64,000 nucleotides of DNA from contig CALJVA010000022.1 of assembly GCA_937975135.1 (NCBI GenBank), forward strand, positions 7,118 through 71,117, written 5' to 3'. Of the stretch, positions 20,005 through 30,760 are shown piece by piece. Position numbers and translations under genes: made by a program. The stretch comes from an uncultured Thermoactinomycetaceae bacterium (GTDB lineage: Bacteria > Bacillota > Bacilli > Thermoactinomycetales > CALJVA01). The notes beneath the pieces are model-generated. The model had not been told where the DNA came from. It saw only the letters and a program-made list of their open reading frames with translations, and searched no databases. The first letter of the stretch is position 1; each line of letters opens with the position of its first letter.

Positions 20005-20250
20005 ACGGCAAGGAACGGGACGAGTAGATGGAACGCCCGCGTTTAATAGCGAGTTAGGGATAGTGAAAGCCTAACCCGGTCGTCTATTGAAGATCCCCCG
20101 GGAGCTGTCGCCTGAAACTGTTGGAGTAGGGTGAACCGGTTCATTCACGTTACGAATGATAGAGCGGGTTTGTTCTGTTTTGGAACAACTAAAGTAGGGT
20201 GGTACCGCGGGAACCTTCTCGTCCCTCATGGGATGATGAGGGTTTTTTTT
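20005..20250 (+). promoter_or_regulatory. T-box riboswitch (Ile) with terminator
   Basis: AGTA and AG-box (AGCGAG) elements, specifier ATC at 20093-20095, T-box AGGGTGGTACCGCG at 20196-20209, terminator CCCTCAT...ATGAGGG plus T8. Confidence 0.95.
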
Positions 20251-20277
20251 TAGGTTTTAAAGGAGTGATTGTAGGAG

Positions 20278-23052
20278 ATGGATTATAGTAAAACAGTAAA
20301 TTTGCCGAAAACAAAGTTCCCGATGCGTGGAAATTTACCCACTCGTGAACCGGAGATTCAAAAATGGTGGGACGAAATTGACATTTATCAAAAAGTACAG
20401 CAGCGCAATAGTGGCAAACCGCTTTTTGTTCTTCATGATGGGCCACCTTATGCAAATGGTGATCTTCATATTGGACATGCGTTAAATAAGATATTGAAAG
20501 ACATTATTAATCGCTTTCAGTCGATGAATGGTAAGAATGCTCCTTATGTACCGGGATGGGATACCCATGGTTTGCCGATCGAACATGCAATTGTTAGCAA
20601 AAAGAAAGTAAACCGAAAACAGGTGGATATTGTTACCTTTCGAGAAATGTGTAAGGAGTATGCCCTTAGTTTTGTAGAAAGGCAAAAAGAACAGTTTAAA
20701 CGCCTGGGGGTTCGTGGAGATTGGGAGAACCCTTATTTAACTCTCCATCCTTCTTATGAGGCAGCGCAAATTCGTGTTTTTGGTGCAATGGCTCAGAAAG
20801 GCTATATTTATCGTGGAAAAAAGCCTGTCTATTGGTCACCTTCTTCAGAGACTGCATTAGCCGAGGCGGAAGTGGAATATCATGATAAACGTTCCCCTTC
20901 CATTTATGTAGGCTTTCCTGTAGAAGATGGGAAAGGAATCTTACCTGACGGAACGGAAGTTGTCATCTGGACGACAACACCTTGGACCATTCCAGCTAAC
21001 CTAGGGATTGCAATTCATCCAGATTACTCCTACAGCTTGGTAAAAGCAGGAGATAAAAAGTATGTGATCGCAACGGAATTAGTGAACCAAGTAATGGAGA
21101 AGGCGGAGATCGATTCCTTTGAAACCGTTGTTACTTTTACAGGTGCTGAGTTGGAGGGAGTGATCTGTCGTCATCCCTTTTATGATCGAAAGAGTCCTCT
21201 CCTTTTAGGGGAGCATGTAACTCTTGACTCTGGGACTGGTTGTGTCCATACAGCTCCAGGACATGGGGAAGATGACTTTTATCTAGGTCAGAAATATAAG
21301 CTGGATGTATTATGTCCCATCGATGAGAGAGGTTACTTTACTGATGAAGCACCTGGTTTTGCTGGATTGTTTTATGAAGATGGAAATAAAGAAGTAACCA
21401 AAAAATTAGAAGAGACAGGAGCACTACTTAAGCTAGAGTTTATTACTCACCAATATCCCCACGATTGGCGGACTAAAAAACCAGTGATTTTCCGAGCTAC
21501 GGAACAATGGTTTGCTTCCATTGATGGTTTTCGAGATGAAATGCTCAAAGCGATTAAAGAGGTAACCTGGACACCTAAATGGGGCGAAGTACGCCTGCAC
21601 AACATGATTGCAGATCGGGGAGATTGGTGTATTTCACGACAGCGAGTCTGGGGTGTTCCTTTGCCAATTTTTTATTGTGAGAACTGTGATCATGCCCTCA
21701 TTACAGAGGAAACAATTGATAAGATCGCGGAGATCTTTGCTCAAGAAGGTTCTTCCGCCTGGTATGCCAAGGAGACAGCTGAGTTGTTACCAGAGGGGGT
21801 AACCTGTCCAAACTGCGGAAAGGATCAGTTCCGGAAAGAGACGGATACGATGGATGTTTGGTTTGATTCCGGAAGCAGTCATGCAGCTGTATTAAAGCAG
21901 CGTAACGAACTGCGGTGGCCAGCTGATCTTTATTTAGAAGGATCAGACCAGTATCGAGGATGGTTTAACTCCTCTCTTTCTACTGCTGTAGCCACAACAG
22001 GGCGTGCTCCTTATAAGCAAGTACTTAGTCACGGATTCACTCTGGATGGAAAAGGAAGGAAAATGTCTAAATCCCTGGGGAATACTATAGACCCCCAAAA
22101 AGTTACCAAGATGTATGGTGCGGATATTTTGCGTCTGTGGGTGGCATCAGTTGATTATCAGTCTGATGTTCGTGTCTCCGATGATATTCTAAAGCAGATT
22201 GCAGAAGCATACCGAAAAATCCGCAATACCTTCCGCTTCTTATTGGGCAACCTTGCAGATTACGATCCTAAAAGGGATCGTGTATCGGAAGAAAATCTCG
22301 AGGAGATTGACCGCTATGCGTTGATAAAGCTATACCGGCTCATTGATCGGGTAAAAGAGGCTTATGAGCAATATGAATTCCACGTGGTATATCATGGAAT
22401 CCATCAATTCTGTGCTGTTTTCTTAAGCCAGTTTTACTTTGATGTATTAAAAGACTGTCTCTATACTGATAAGGTGAATTCTCCCTCCCGCCGTTCGTCA
22501 CAGACGGTAATGTATGAGCTGCTTTGTGCTCTGGTCCGACTCGTTACACCATTGATCCCACATACGGCGGAAGAGGTGTGGAAATATATTCCGAACACCG
22601 ATGAAATAAGTGTGCAATTGACAGATTTCCCTCAAAGCAAATCGGATCTTGTTGATTTGGAGTTGGAGAAAAAATGGGATCAGTTTCTTGTCTTGCGGGA
22701 TGAAGGGCTAAAAGCATTGGAAATTGCACGTGGAGAGAAATTGATCGGAAATTCCCTAGAAGCTTCTCTCCGACTCTACCCAACGGAAGAGACTTACCCA
22801 TTGCTTCAGTCGCTGGATCATCTTGCTGAGCTCTTCATTGTTTCCCATCTAGAACTTGCATCACCAGATGAGCAGGTGCCGGAAGAGGCTTATAAAGGGA
22901 GAGGCGTCTCCGTTTTGGTTCGACCTGCAGAAGGGAAGAAGTGTGAACGTTGCTGGATGATCACCCCAACAGTAGGGATGTCGGAAGCTCATCCTGCTCT
23001 TTGTACTCGCTGTAGTGAAGTGGTAGAGGAAATGGAACTAAAAAGGGATTAG
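20278..23052 (+). CDS. ileS: Isoleucine--tRNA ligase (type 1)
   Basis: Motifs [29 protein letters not shown] and C-terminal CERCW...CTRC zinc knuckle. Confidence 0.98.
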   Translation: MDYSKTVNLPKTKFPMRGNLPTREPEIQKWWDEIDIYQKVQQRNSGKPLFVLHDGPPYANGDLHIGHALNKILKDIINRFQSMNGKNAPYVPGWDTHGLPIEHAIVSKKKVNRKQVDIVTFREMCKEYALSFVERQKEQFKRLGVRGDWENPYLTLHPSYEAAQIRVFGAMAQKGYIYRGKKPVYWSPSSETALAEAEVEYHDKRSPSIYVGFPVEDGKGILPDGTEVVIWTTTPWTIPANLGIAIHPDYSYSLVKAGDKKYVIATELVNQVMEKAEIDSFETVVTFTGAELEGVICRHPFYDRKSPLLLGEHVTLDSGTGCVHTAPGHGEDDFYLGQKYKLDVLCPIDERGYFTDEAPGFAGLFYEDGNKEVTKKLEETGALLKLEFITHQYPHDWRTKKPVIFRATEQWFASIDGFRDEMLKAIKEVTWTPKWGEVRLHNMIADRGDWCISRQRVWGVPLPIFYCENCDHALITEETIDKIAEIFAQEGSSAWYAKETAELLPEGVTCPNCGKDQFRKETDTMDVWFDSGSSHAAVLKQRNELRWPADLYLEGSDQYRGWFNSSLSTAVATTGRAPYKQVLSHGFTLDGKGRKMSKSLGNTIDPQKVTKMYGADILRLWVASVDYQSDVRVSDDILKQIAEAYRKIRNTFRFLLGNLADYDPKRDRVSEENLEEIDRYALIKLYRLIDRVKEAYEQYEFHVVYHGIHQFCAVFLSQFYFDVLKDCLYTDKVNSPSRRSSQTVMYELLCALVRLVTPLIPHTAEEVWKYIPNTDEISVQLTDFPQSKSDLVDLELEKKWDQFLVLRDEGLKALEIARGEKLIGNSLEASLRLYPTEETYPLLQSLDHLAELFIVSHLELASPDEQVPEEAYKGRGVSVLVRPAEGKKCERCWMITPTVGMSEAHPALCTRCSEVVEEMELKRD

Positions 23053-23123
23053 GTGTGGAGCCATAAAACTTTCAGTCTCCTTACATCTAACTAGGTCTGG
23101 GAAGAAGTATTGTGGTTTGAAAG

Positions 23124-23157
23124 AAAAAAAGCCCTGATTTTACACAGGGCTTTTTTT
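23124..23157. terminator. Bidirectional intrinsic terminator after ileS
   Basis: A7-GCCCTG...CAGGGC-T7. Confidence 0.85.
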
Positions 23158-23249
23158 GATGGTTTTTTGGAAATGAGCTGAAAACGAAAAAATCATAGGG
23201 ACCTGGGGCAACTTATAGACAAGGTGATCAGACTACGGGAGGCTGAGAA

Positions 23250-23567
23250 ATGAAAAAAAAAGTGATTGAGCCGGACCCGTGGAAACAAAAAATTGAAGAG
23301 CGGTTGACTGAGATTGGAAAGAAAATGGAGATGGGTGAAATTGCCCAGTATGTGCAACTACTTAATAGTCCACGACGGCTAATATTGATTAATATTTTTT
23401 CGGGAATTGCACGTGGAGTGGGGATTGCTATAGGCGTTACGATTTTTTCAACGACCATCGTTTATTTTCTGCAAAAACTCGGAGCCCTCAATTTGCCGAT
23501 TATAGGAAATTTTATTGCAGAATTAGTAAAAATTGTGCAAACTCGCCTCGATGGAACACAATATTAA
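23250..23567 (+). CDS. DUF5665-like membrane protein
   Basis: IAQYVQLLNSPRRL..NIFSGIARGVGIAIG and LPIIGNFIAELV pattern, recalled as DUF5665. Confidence 0.7.
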   Translation: MKKKVIEPDPWKQKIEERLTEIGKKMEMGEIAQYVQLLNSPRRLILINIFSGIARGVGIAIGVTIFSTTIVYFLQKLGALNLPIIGNFIAELVKIVQTRLDGTQY

Positions 23568-23583
23568 TTGGTGGTGATGGAAT

Positions 23584-24267
23584 GTGACGGAAGAACAAAG
23601 AAGACGAATTCGTGAAGAATTGGAACGGGAGCGAGCGGATCTGGAAAATCGACTGCAGCGAAACGGCCACTATGGTTTGAATCGGGGAATGAACGATTCT
23701 GTTGGTGAGTTATCCGGTTATGATAATCATCCTGCAGATCTAGGGACAGAGATGTTTGAGCGTGGGAAAGATATTGCTCTTAACGAACAGGATCAATACC
23801 GTTTAGAAGAAATAAAAGAAGCAATACAACGGATGAAGAAAGGAACTTACGGTCAATGCATTGTGTGTGGGACCCAGATTCCTTTTGAACGACTGGAAGC
23901 AGTACCTGCCACGCTCTATTGCAGGGAACACGCACCTGATTCAGAGGTTTCAGAACGGCGTCCCATCGAAGAGCAAATTATTTATCCCCCTTTTGGCGAA
24001 CATTTTAATGACGGGAATGATGAGCGGAATGCTTATGATGCAGAAGATGCATGGCAGGAAGTGGAGCAGTATGGTACCTCCAATCCTGCAGATGTATATG
24101 GTGGAACACCAAATTATAATGAAGTGACGATTGATCATCATGAGCGCAAAGGCTATTCCATGGACATCGAAGGTTTCACCATTACCGATGCAGAGGGTCG
24201 GACAGAAGAGATTACGGATATTACACATAATGATGCTTATCGGCGGTTTGCGGAAAAGGAAGAGTAA
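23584..24267 (+). CDS. yteA: YteA-family TraR/DksA C4-type zinc-finger sporulation protein
   Basis: Motifs ELSGYDNHPADLGTEMFERGKD, GTYGQCIVCG and ERLEAVP..LYCREH. Confidence 0.8.
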   Translation: MTEEQRRRIREELERERADLENRLQRNGHYGLNRGMNDSVGELSGYDNHPADLGTEMFERGKDIALNEQDQYRLEEIKEAIQRMKKGTYGQCIVCGTQIPFERLEAVPATLYCREHAPDSEVSERRPIEEQIIYPPFGEHFNDGNDERNAYDAEDAWQEVEQYGTSNPADVYGGTPNYNEVTIDHHERKGYSMDIEGFTITDAEGRTEEITDITHNDAYRRFAEKEE

Positions 24268-24362
24268 GCAGCTTTTGGAAAGGCTTCATTCTATCGATCC
24301 CTTTATAACATGCTGCCTTAGACTTTTTCGCAGTCAGCTCACAGACTGATCCGGTAAAAGCA

Positions 24363-24391
24363 TTGTTCCAATACATGGCCTGTGCTAAAAT
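24363..24391 (+). promoter_or_regulatory. Putative SigA promoter of lspA-rluD
   Basis: TTGTTC-17 nt-TAAAAT with an extended -10 TG. Confidence 0.5.
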
Positions 24392-24437
24392 CATGAAAGA
24401 TGAGCTGATGTTTTGTGGCTGGGATAGGGGGAGTTTA

Positions 24438-24920
24438 GTGCGATACTATATTATTGCCTTATCTGTTTTACTGCTGGACCAGGTGACGAAATGGCTGGTC
24501 ATAAGAAAGATGGATTTGTATGAATCTATTCCCTTACTGGATGGGGTTTTTTATATCACTTCACATCGCAATAGCGGTGCTGCTTTTGGAATACTCCAAG
24601 GTCAACAATGGCTGTTTATTCCGATTACCGTTCTGGTAGTTGCTTTTCTTATCTATTATTTGGCTCGGCTTCGTAATTCACACCCCTTAGCTTCTTGGTC
24701 ATTTGCTCTTCTGTTAGGTGGGGCAGTGGGAAATTTAATTGATCGGATTCGCTTTGGAGAAGTGGTAGATTTTTTGGACTTTCGTTTGATTAATTTTCCC
24801 ATTTTTAATGTTGCCGATTCTGCGATTGTAATCGGTGTTACCTTTTTAATTTGGGAAACTCTTAAAAACCCCGAACAGAAAAAGGAGAAGGATTTATCCG
24901 AAACGGGGGATACGCAATGA
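24438..24920 (+). CDS. lspA: Lipoprotein signal peptidase II
   Basis: Motifs LDQVTK, NSGAAFG, GAVGNLIDR, VVDF and FNVADS. GTG start after GGGGGAG. Confidence 0.95.
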   Translation: MRYYIIALSVLLLDQVTKWLVIRKMDLYESIPLLDGVFYITSHRNSGAAFGILQGQQWLFIPITVLVVAFLIYYLARLRNSHPLASWSFALLLGGAVGNLIDRIRFGEVVDFLDFRLINFPIFNVADSAIVIGVTFLIWETLKNPEQKKEKDLSETGDTQ

Positions 24921-25849
24921 GTGAGGACCAAGAGATTCTTTTGTTCTCTGTCAACCCAGAGCAGGAAGGGCAACGGATTGATAAAGTGATTACATCCCTG
25001 GATCCCGCCTGGACACGGATGATGGTACAGGCCTGGATTCGTGGGGGCCGAGTGTTGGTTAATGGGCAGAAGGTAAAAACAAACTACCGACTAAATAGTG
25101 GGGAAGAAGTGGAGATACAAGTGCCACCACGGGAATCTCTAAGGATCGAAGCAGAAGAGATTCCGCTGGATATTCGGTATGAAGATGAGGATCTACTTGT
25201 CGTTAATAAACCAAGGGGCATGGTGGTTCATCCTGCAGCAGGGAATTACACTGGGACCCTGGTCAATGCATTACTCTATTATTGCGACAATTTATCCAGT
25301 ATTGGTGGAGAAGATCGCCCAGGAATTGTCCATCGGATTGATAAAGACACTTCCGGCTTAATTATGATAGCTAAAAATAATGAAACCCATTTGGCCTTGG
25401 CCTCACAACTAAAGGAACATCAGGTGGAAAGACATTATATGGGGTTTGTTCATGGACATGTGGTCCATCCCCAGGGGACAATCGACGCCCCGATCGGACG
25501 CCATCCCCGTAATCGTCAACAGATGACCGTACTCCCCAAAGGTGGAAAGCGTGCCGTGACTCACTTTGATGTGATGGAACGATTAAATGAATCAACACGT
25601 GTCCTTTTTCGTTTAGAAACGGGGCGGACACACCAAATTCGTGTTCATATGAAGTATATCGGTCATCCCTTAATCGGAGATCCTCTTTACGGGCGAAAAA
25701 AAGAGAAAAATCTTCCGATCCAAGGCCAAGCCCTACATGCACAGCGTCTTGCCTTTACTCATCCTCGGACGGGTGGGAAAATTGAGGTGGAAGCAGAACT
25801 ACCGGAAGATCTACGCCAACTGTTACAGAGATTACGGTCACAGGATTGA
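24917..25849 (+). CDS. rluD: RluA-family pseudouridine synthase
   Basis: S4 domain, VNKPRGMVVHP, catalytic HRIDKDTSG and ETGRTHQIRVH. Confidence 0.9.
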   Translation: MSEDQEILLFSVNPEQEGQRIDKVITSLDPAWTRMMVQAWIRGGRVLVNGQKVKTNYRLNSGEEVEIQVPPRESLRIEAEEIPLDIRYEDEDLLVVNKPRGMVVHPAAGNYTGTLVNALLYYCDNLSSIGGEDRPGIVHRIDKDTSGLIMIAKNNETHLALASQLKEHQVERHYMGFVHGHVVHPQGTIDAPIGRHPRNRQQMTVLPKGGKRAVTHFDVMERLNESTRVLFRLETGRTHQIRVHMKYIGHPLIGDPLYGRKKEKNLPIQGQALHAQRLAFTHPRTGGKIEVEAELPEDLRQLLQRLRSQD

Positions 25850-25885
25850 ATGGAAAAAGACGTAAGCTGAGGAGATAAGGCAATA

Positions 25886-26066
25886 AGGGCATAAAAGCTC
25901 TGCCCAAGTGCTTTTTCTTTTTAGCAACGAAGTAGAGGTGGTAGACCTTATTACCTTTTTCAGAGACAGATGAATGTATAGATTTAGTAGATCTTGATTT
26001 GGGTATAAGGTCTGCCCCGAGCGCCTTTGCTTCTAAGTAACGAAGCGGAGGGGTAGACCTTAACCC
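25886..26066. repeat. Two diverged copies of a ~66-nt palindromic (REP/MITE-like) element
   Basis: Copy 1 at ~25887-25955 and copy 2 at 26001-26066. Both contain TCTGCCC...CTTT...AACGAAG..GAGG.GTAGACCTTA. Copy 2 folds into a 13-bp outer and 9-bp inner stem. Confidence 0.7.
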
Positions 26067-26146
26067 GTTTTAATAACAGTAAAGACATAAGGCTTAAGTA
26101 ATAGGCATACTGTGAAATAGCATTTTACGGAAATATTACTTTCTGC

Positions 26147-26175
26147 TTGCCATTTTTCCAAGAGAGTGTTATACT
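26147..26175 (+). promoter_or_regulatory. SigA promoter of the pyr operon
   Basis: TTGCCA-17 nt-TATACT with an extended -10 TG. Confidence 0.75.
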
Positions 26176-26195
26176 GCTCAAGACAACTAAAATGG

Positions 26196-26842
<647 letters not shown>

Positions 26843-26855
26843 TCCTTGTTCGTCA

Positions 26856-26946
26856 CCCTTTAAGATAGTCCTGTGAGGCTGGCAAGGGGGACACACTACC
26901 TGTGTGCTTATTTCCTCTTGCCCTTTGGGTAAAGAGGTTTTTTATT
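26856..26946 (+). promoter_or_regulatory. PyrR-binding loop and attenuator 2
   Basis: CCTTTAAGATAGTCCTGTGAGGCTGGCAAGG, then terminator CCTCTT...AAGAGG plus T run. Confidence 0.9.
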
Positions 26947-26967
26947 TGTAAGGAGTGAGGGAGAAAA

Positions 26968-28350
26968 ATGAATCAGAAAATACTTATGGATGTTCACGAA
27001 AAACCGAAAATCCTTTCCTGGCTGGCCCTTAGTATGCAACATCTATTTGCTATGTTTGGGGCTACCATCTTAGTTCCTTTGTTAACAGGGTTAGATCCGG
27101 CGGTCACGCTATTGACAAGTGGATTGGGAACCATTGCCTATTTACTCGTAACACGAGGAAAAATTCCAGCCTATCTGGGATCCTCCTTTGCATTTATCGT
27201 TCCAATTATCACTGTATCCCAGACAGAAGGAATTGGTGCAGCATTATTTGGTTGTATTCTTTCGGGATTGGTGTATGGAGTTGTTGCTCTAATAATCTTC
27301 CGGTTTGGTGTTCATTGGCTCAATCATCTCCTCCCCCCTGTTGTCATTGGTCCTGTAGTTATTGTCAAGGGTTTAGCCCTGGCGGGTGTGGCGATTGAGA
27401 TGGCTAGTATGACAGAAGTAACCCGAGCTTTACCGGCTACCCTTTCGGAGTTTCAGTCCTTACCTGGAACGGTGCAAAATATTGATGAAGAAGCAAATAC
27501 GGTAACTCTCCAGGTATACTCCTTGAAACATTTTTTAGTAGCTCTTGCGACTCTCGCCTTTGCGATTATTGCTAGCCTGTTTTTAAGAGGTTTCTTTAAC
27601 CTGATTCCCATCTTGATCGGGATTGTTGGCGGATATATTGTTGCATTTTTTGCAGGAATGGTTGATCTTGCTCCTGTAAAGGAAGCAAGCTGGTTTGCAC
27701 TGCCTACCTTTACGTTTCCTGAGGTCTCTTGGAAAGCAGCACTTGTCATCGTTCCCGTTGCTTTGGTCACTCTTGCCGAACATATTGGGCACTTGATGGT
27801 TACTAGTGGGATTATGGGCCGTGATTTGGCGAAAAATCCGGGGCTTCATCGTTCGTTATTAGGAGATGGAATTGCTACTTCGATTGCTTCCCTAATCGGT
27901 GGTCCTCCCAATACAACTTATGGAGAAAATATTGGTGTATTGGCTATCACACGAATTTTTAGTGTTTATGTAATTGGCGGAGCAGCTGTCCTTGCGATGT
28001 GTTTCTCTTTTATCGGTAAACTCTCTGCGCTGATTACTACCATCCCTTCCGCTGTAATGGGTGGAGTCTGCATTCTCCTCTTTGGGATTATTGCTTCAGC
28101 TGGGTTGCGGATGTTGGTGGAACATGAGGTTGATTTTGGCAATCGGCGCAACCTGATCATAGCCTCTGTTGTCCTTGTGATTGGTGTAGGAGGTGCCGCC
28201 CTCCGATTCGTAGGGATTGACTTCCAAGTAGAAGGGATGGCCTTGGCAACATTTGTAGGAGTGGGTCTTAACCTGATTCTTCCCCGTGAGGAGAATAAGA
28301 AGGATAATGTCTCTTTGCATCGATTAAAGACAGTGGATGAGACGGTATAA
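26968..28350 (+). CDS. pyrP: Uracil permease (NCS2)
   Basis: Motifs QHLFAMFGATILVP, YLGSSFAF, EHIGH and PNTTYGEN. Confidence 0.93.
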   Translation: MNQKILMDVHEKPKILSWLALSMQHLFAMFGATILVPLLTGLDPAVTLLTSGLGTIAYLLVTRGKIPAYLGSSFAFIVPIITVSQTEGIGAALFGCILSGLVYGVVALIIFRFGVHWLNHLLPPVVIGPVVIVKGLALAGVAIEMASMTEVTRALPATLSEFQSLPGTVQNIDEEANTVTLQVYSLKHFLVALATLAFAIIASLFLRGFFNLIPILIGIVGGYIVAFFAGMVDLAPVKEASWFALPTFTFPEVSWKAALVIVPVALVTLAEHIGHLMVTSGIMGRDLAKNPGLHRSLLGDGIATSIASLIGGPPNTTYGENIGVLAITRIFSVYVIGGAAVLAMCFSFIGKLSALITTIPSAVMGGVCILLFGIIASAGLRMLVEHEVDFGNRRNLIIASVVLVIGVGGAALRFVGIDFQVEGMALATFVGVGLNLILPREENKKDNVSLHRLKTVDETV

Positions 28351-28396
28351 ACATAGTGTTTTAAGATGAATGGCAAGGAATATAAATAGAATCTTA

Positions 28397-28500
28397 TTCC
28401 TTTAATCCAGTCCCGTGAGGCTGAAAAGGAGCTCTTCCTCCTTGGGGATCAAGGGGGTTTGTTACTGTGCACTCCTTCCTGGACTGGGAGGAGTTTTTTT
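28397..28500 (+). promoter_or_regulatory. PyrR-binding loop and attenuator 3
   Basis: CCTTTAATCCAGTCCCGTGAGGCTGAAAAGG, then terminator ACTCCTTCC...GGGAGGAGT plus T run. Confidence 0.9.
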
Positions 28501-28542
28501 GTTGGATTGGATAAAAAAGTTTAAAGGACATGGGGGATTAAG

Positions 28543-29457
28543 ATGAATACAAAAAGGCATCTTTTAGACATTCAATCCTTGTCCACAGGAGAAGTCGAAG
28601 AGATTTTGGAACGAGCAGAGTACTGGAAAACTTCTGGGGAGAATCACCAACCCTTTTCGGACTGTTTTGTGGCCAATCTCTTTTATGAGCCTAGTACACG
28701 GACACGTTTTTCCTTTGAAATTGCCGAAAAGAAGTTGGGAGTTCAGATCCTTTCCTTCGATAAGAATACTTCTAGCGTGACCAAGGGAGAAACCCTTTGG
28801 GATACCTTACAAACCTTGGCTGCTTTAGGAGTAGAGGTTGCGGTGATTCGCCACCCAGAGTCTGGAATCATCCATTCCTTAGCCAAGCATTCCCCTGCAG
28901 TAAGTTTAATTAATGCCGGTGATGGGATTCATGCTCATCCTACGCAGGCGTTGCTCGATTTATTTACATTGAAAGAGCACTTTCGTGCTTTAACAGGATT
29001 GACTGTGGCGGTGATCGGTGATTTACGTCATAGCCGTGTAGCGCGTTCTAGTGTAGCCGCATTAAAAAAATGTGGCGTAACGGTGCTATTAAGTAGCCCT
29101 GAGGAGATGCGCGCTTCGGATCTTGAAGAGGGTGCGTCCTTTGTCCCTATCGACGAAGCTGTGAGTCAGGCAGATGCGGTTATGATGTTGCGGGTACAGC
29201 TAGAACGTCATACAAATTCACTAGTTACTGGAAAAGAAGAGTATCATCAGCGTTACGGGCTTACAATGGAGCGACTTTCCCAGATGAAACCTCAAGCCGT
29301 GATACTCCATCCTGGACCTGTAAATCGGAATGTGGAGATTGCGTCAAACTTAGTGGAACATCCTCGTTCCCTGATTGGAAAGCAGGTAGAAAATGGGGTT
29401 TATATCCGGATGGCTGTTTTGGAACGGGTGATGAGGCAAAGGAGGAAAAGAGGATGA
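28543..29457 (+). CDS. pyrB: Aspartate carbamoyltransferase
   Basis: Motifs FYEPSTRT, HPTQALLD, GDLRHSRVARS and HPGPVNR. Confidence 0.97.
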   Translation: MNTKRHLLDIQSLSTGEVEEILERAEYWKTSGENHQPFSDCFVANLFYEPSTRTRFSFEIAEKKLGVQILSFDKNTSSVTKGETLWDTLQTLAALGVEVAVIRHPESGIIHSLAKHSPAVSLINAGDGIHAHPTQALLDLFTLKEHFRALTGLTVAVIGDLRHSRVARSSVAALKKCGVTVLLSSPEEMRASDLEEGASFVPIDEAVSQADAVMMLRVQLERHTNSLVTGKEEYHQRYGLTMERLSQMKPQAVILHPGPVNRNVEIASNLVEHPRSLIGKQVENGVYIRMAVLERVMRQRRKRG

Positions 29458-30758
29458 ACTGGTTATTAAAACGGGGACAGTTAATCGATTGGAAGCGAAG
29501 AGAATTGGTTCAAGGCGATGTACGTATCGAGGGAGGACGTGTTGTTGCCATCGGCCCTGACTTACCTGAAGATCATTGCCAGGTTGTTGATGTTGGAGGA
29601 CGATTGATTTCTGCAGGACTAATCGATATGCATGTGCATTTACGGGAGCCTGGATTTGAGGAGAAGGAGACCATTGCCACGGGAACTCGAGCAGCAGCGC
29701 GTGGGGGTTTTACAACAGTAGCCTGTATGCCCAATACAAACCCGATCACCGATTCTCCCCAGGTGGTGCAAAGGATTCGCGAGATCGCAGAGCACGAAGG
29801 AAGCGTGCGGGTATTACCAATTGGCGCCATTACCGTCGGAGAAAAGGGGGAAGAGTTAACGGATCTTGTTGCCTTAAAAGAAGCGGGAATTGTCGCCATT
29901 TCCGATGATGGTGTCGGGGTACAAAGCAGTCGGGTGATGAAAGAGGCGATGCAAGCAGCTGCTCGTTTAAACTTGCCAGTGGTGGCCCATTGCGAAGATG
30001 ATACCCTTGCAGCCGAGGGTTGCGTCCATGAAGGAGCATTTGCTGCGAAATACGGATTAAAGGGCATTCCGAGTGAAGCAGAGGCGGTTCATGTAGGGCG
30101 AGATATTTTGTTAGCTGAGGCGACGGGGGTCCATTACCATGTATGTCATATTAGCGCAGAAAGCTCCGTCCGTTTGGTCCGAGATGCCAAGGCGCGTGGA
30201 CTTCGAGTTACAGCGGAAGTGACGCCTCACCATTTATTGCTCTGTGAGGAAGATCTCCCTGGACCTGATCCGAATTTTAAGATGAACCCTCCCCTTCGCT
30301 CCAAAGCGGATCAAGCAGCGCTTTTGGAGGGGTTATTGGACGGGACAATTGATATGATTGCAACGGACCACGCTCCCCATACCGAAGCGGAAAAAGCTCA
30401 GGATATTACCCAAGCACCCTTTGGGATTGTGGGGCTGGAGACTGCTTTTCCACTCTTGTATACGCACTTGGTGTTAACAGGAAAACTGGATCTTCTAGAA
30501 CTGATTGATAAAATGACTCGTCGGCCTGCCGCGTTGTTCTCCCTACCTACTGGGGAGTTGAAGTTAGGCGGGATTGCTGATTTAACCGTGATTGACTTAC
30601 AAGAGGAGCGGAGAATTGATCCGGCCACCTTTTATTCCAAAGGACGTAATACCCCCTTCGCCGGTTGGAAAGTAAAAGGTTGGCCAGTGCTAACGATGGT
30701 TGAAGGTAAGGTTGTATGGGCTGAAGATCATCTTTGGTCGAATAAGGAGGAACGCTAA
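29454..30758 (+). CDS. pyrC: Dihydroorotase
   Basis: Motifs [21 protein letters not shown] and ATDHAPH. Confidence 0.96.
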   Translation: MNWLLKRGQLIDWKRRELVQGDVRIEGGRVVAIGPDLPEDHCQVVDVGGRLISAGLIDMHVHLREPGFEEKETIATGTRAAARGGFTTVACMPNTNPITDSPQVVQRIREIAEHEGSVRVLPIGAITVGEKGEELTDLVALKEAGIVAISDDGVGVQSSRVMKEAMQAAARLNLPVVAHCEDDTLAAEGCVHEGAFAAKYGLKGIPSEAEAVHVGRDILLAEATGVHYHVCHISAESSVRLVRDAKARGLRVTAEVTPHHLLLCEEDLPGPDPNFKMNPPLRSKADQAALLEGLLDGTIDMIATDHAPHTEAEKAQDITQAPFGIVGLETAFPLLYTHLVLTGKLDLLELIDKMTRRPAALFSLPTGELKLGGIADLTVIDLQEERRIDPATFYSKGRNTPFAGWKVKGWPVLTMVEGKVVWAEDHLWSNKEER

Positions 30759-30760
30759 CA

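Noticed and set aside
25857-26110. CRISPR array or tRNA interpretation of the repeated elements
   Set aside because: There are only two diverged ~66-nt copies, no constant repeat-spacer pattern, no cas genes and no cloverleaf.
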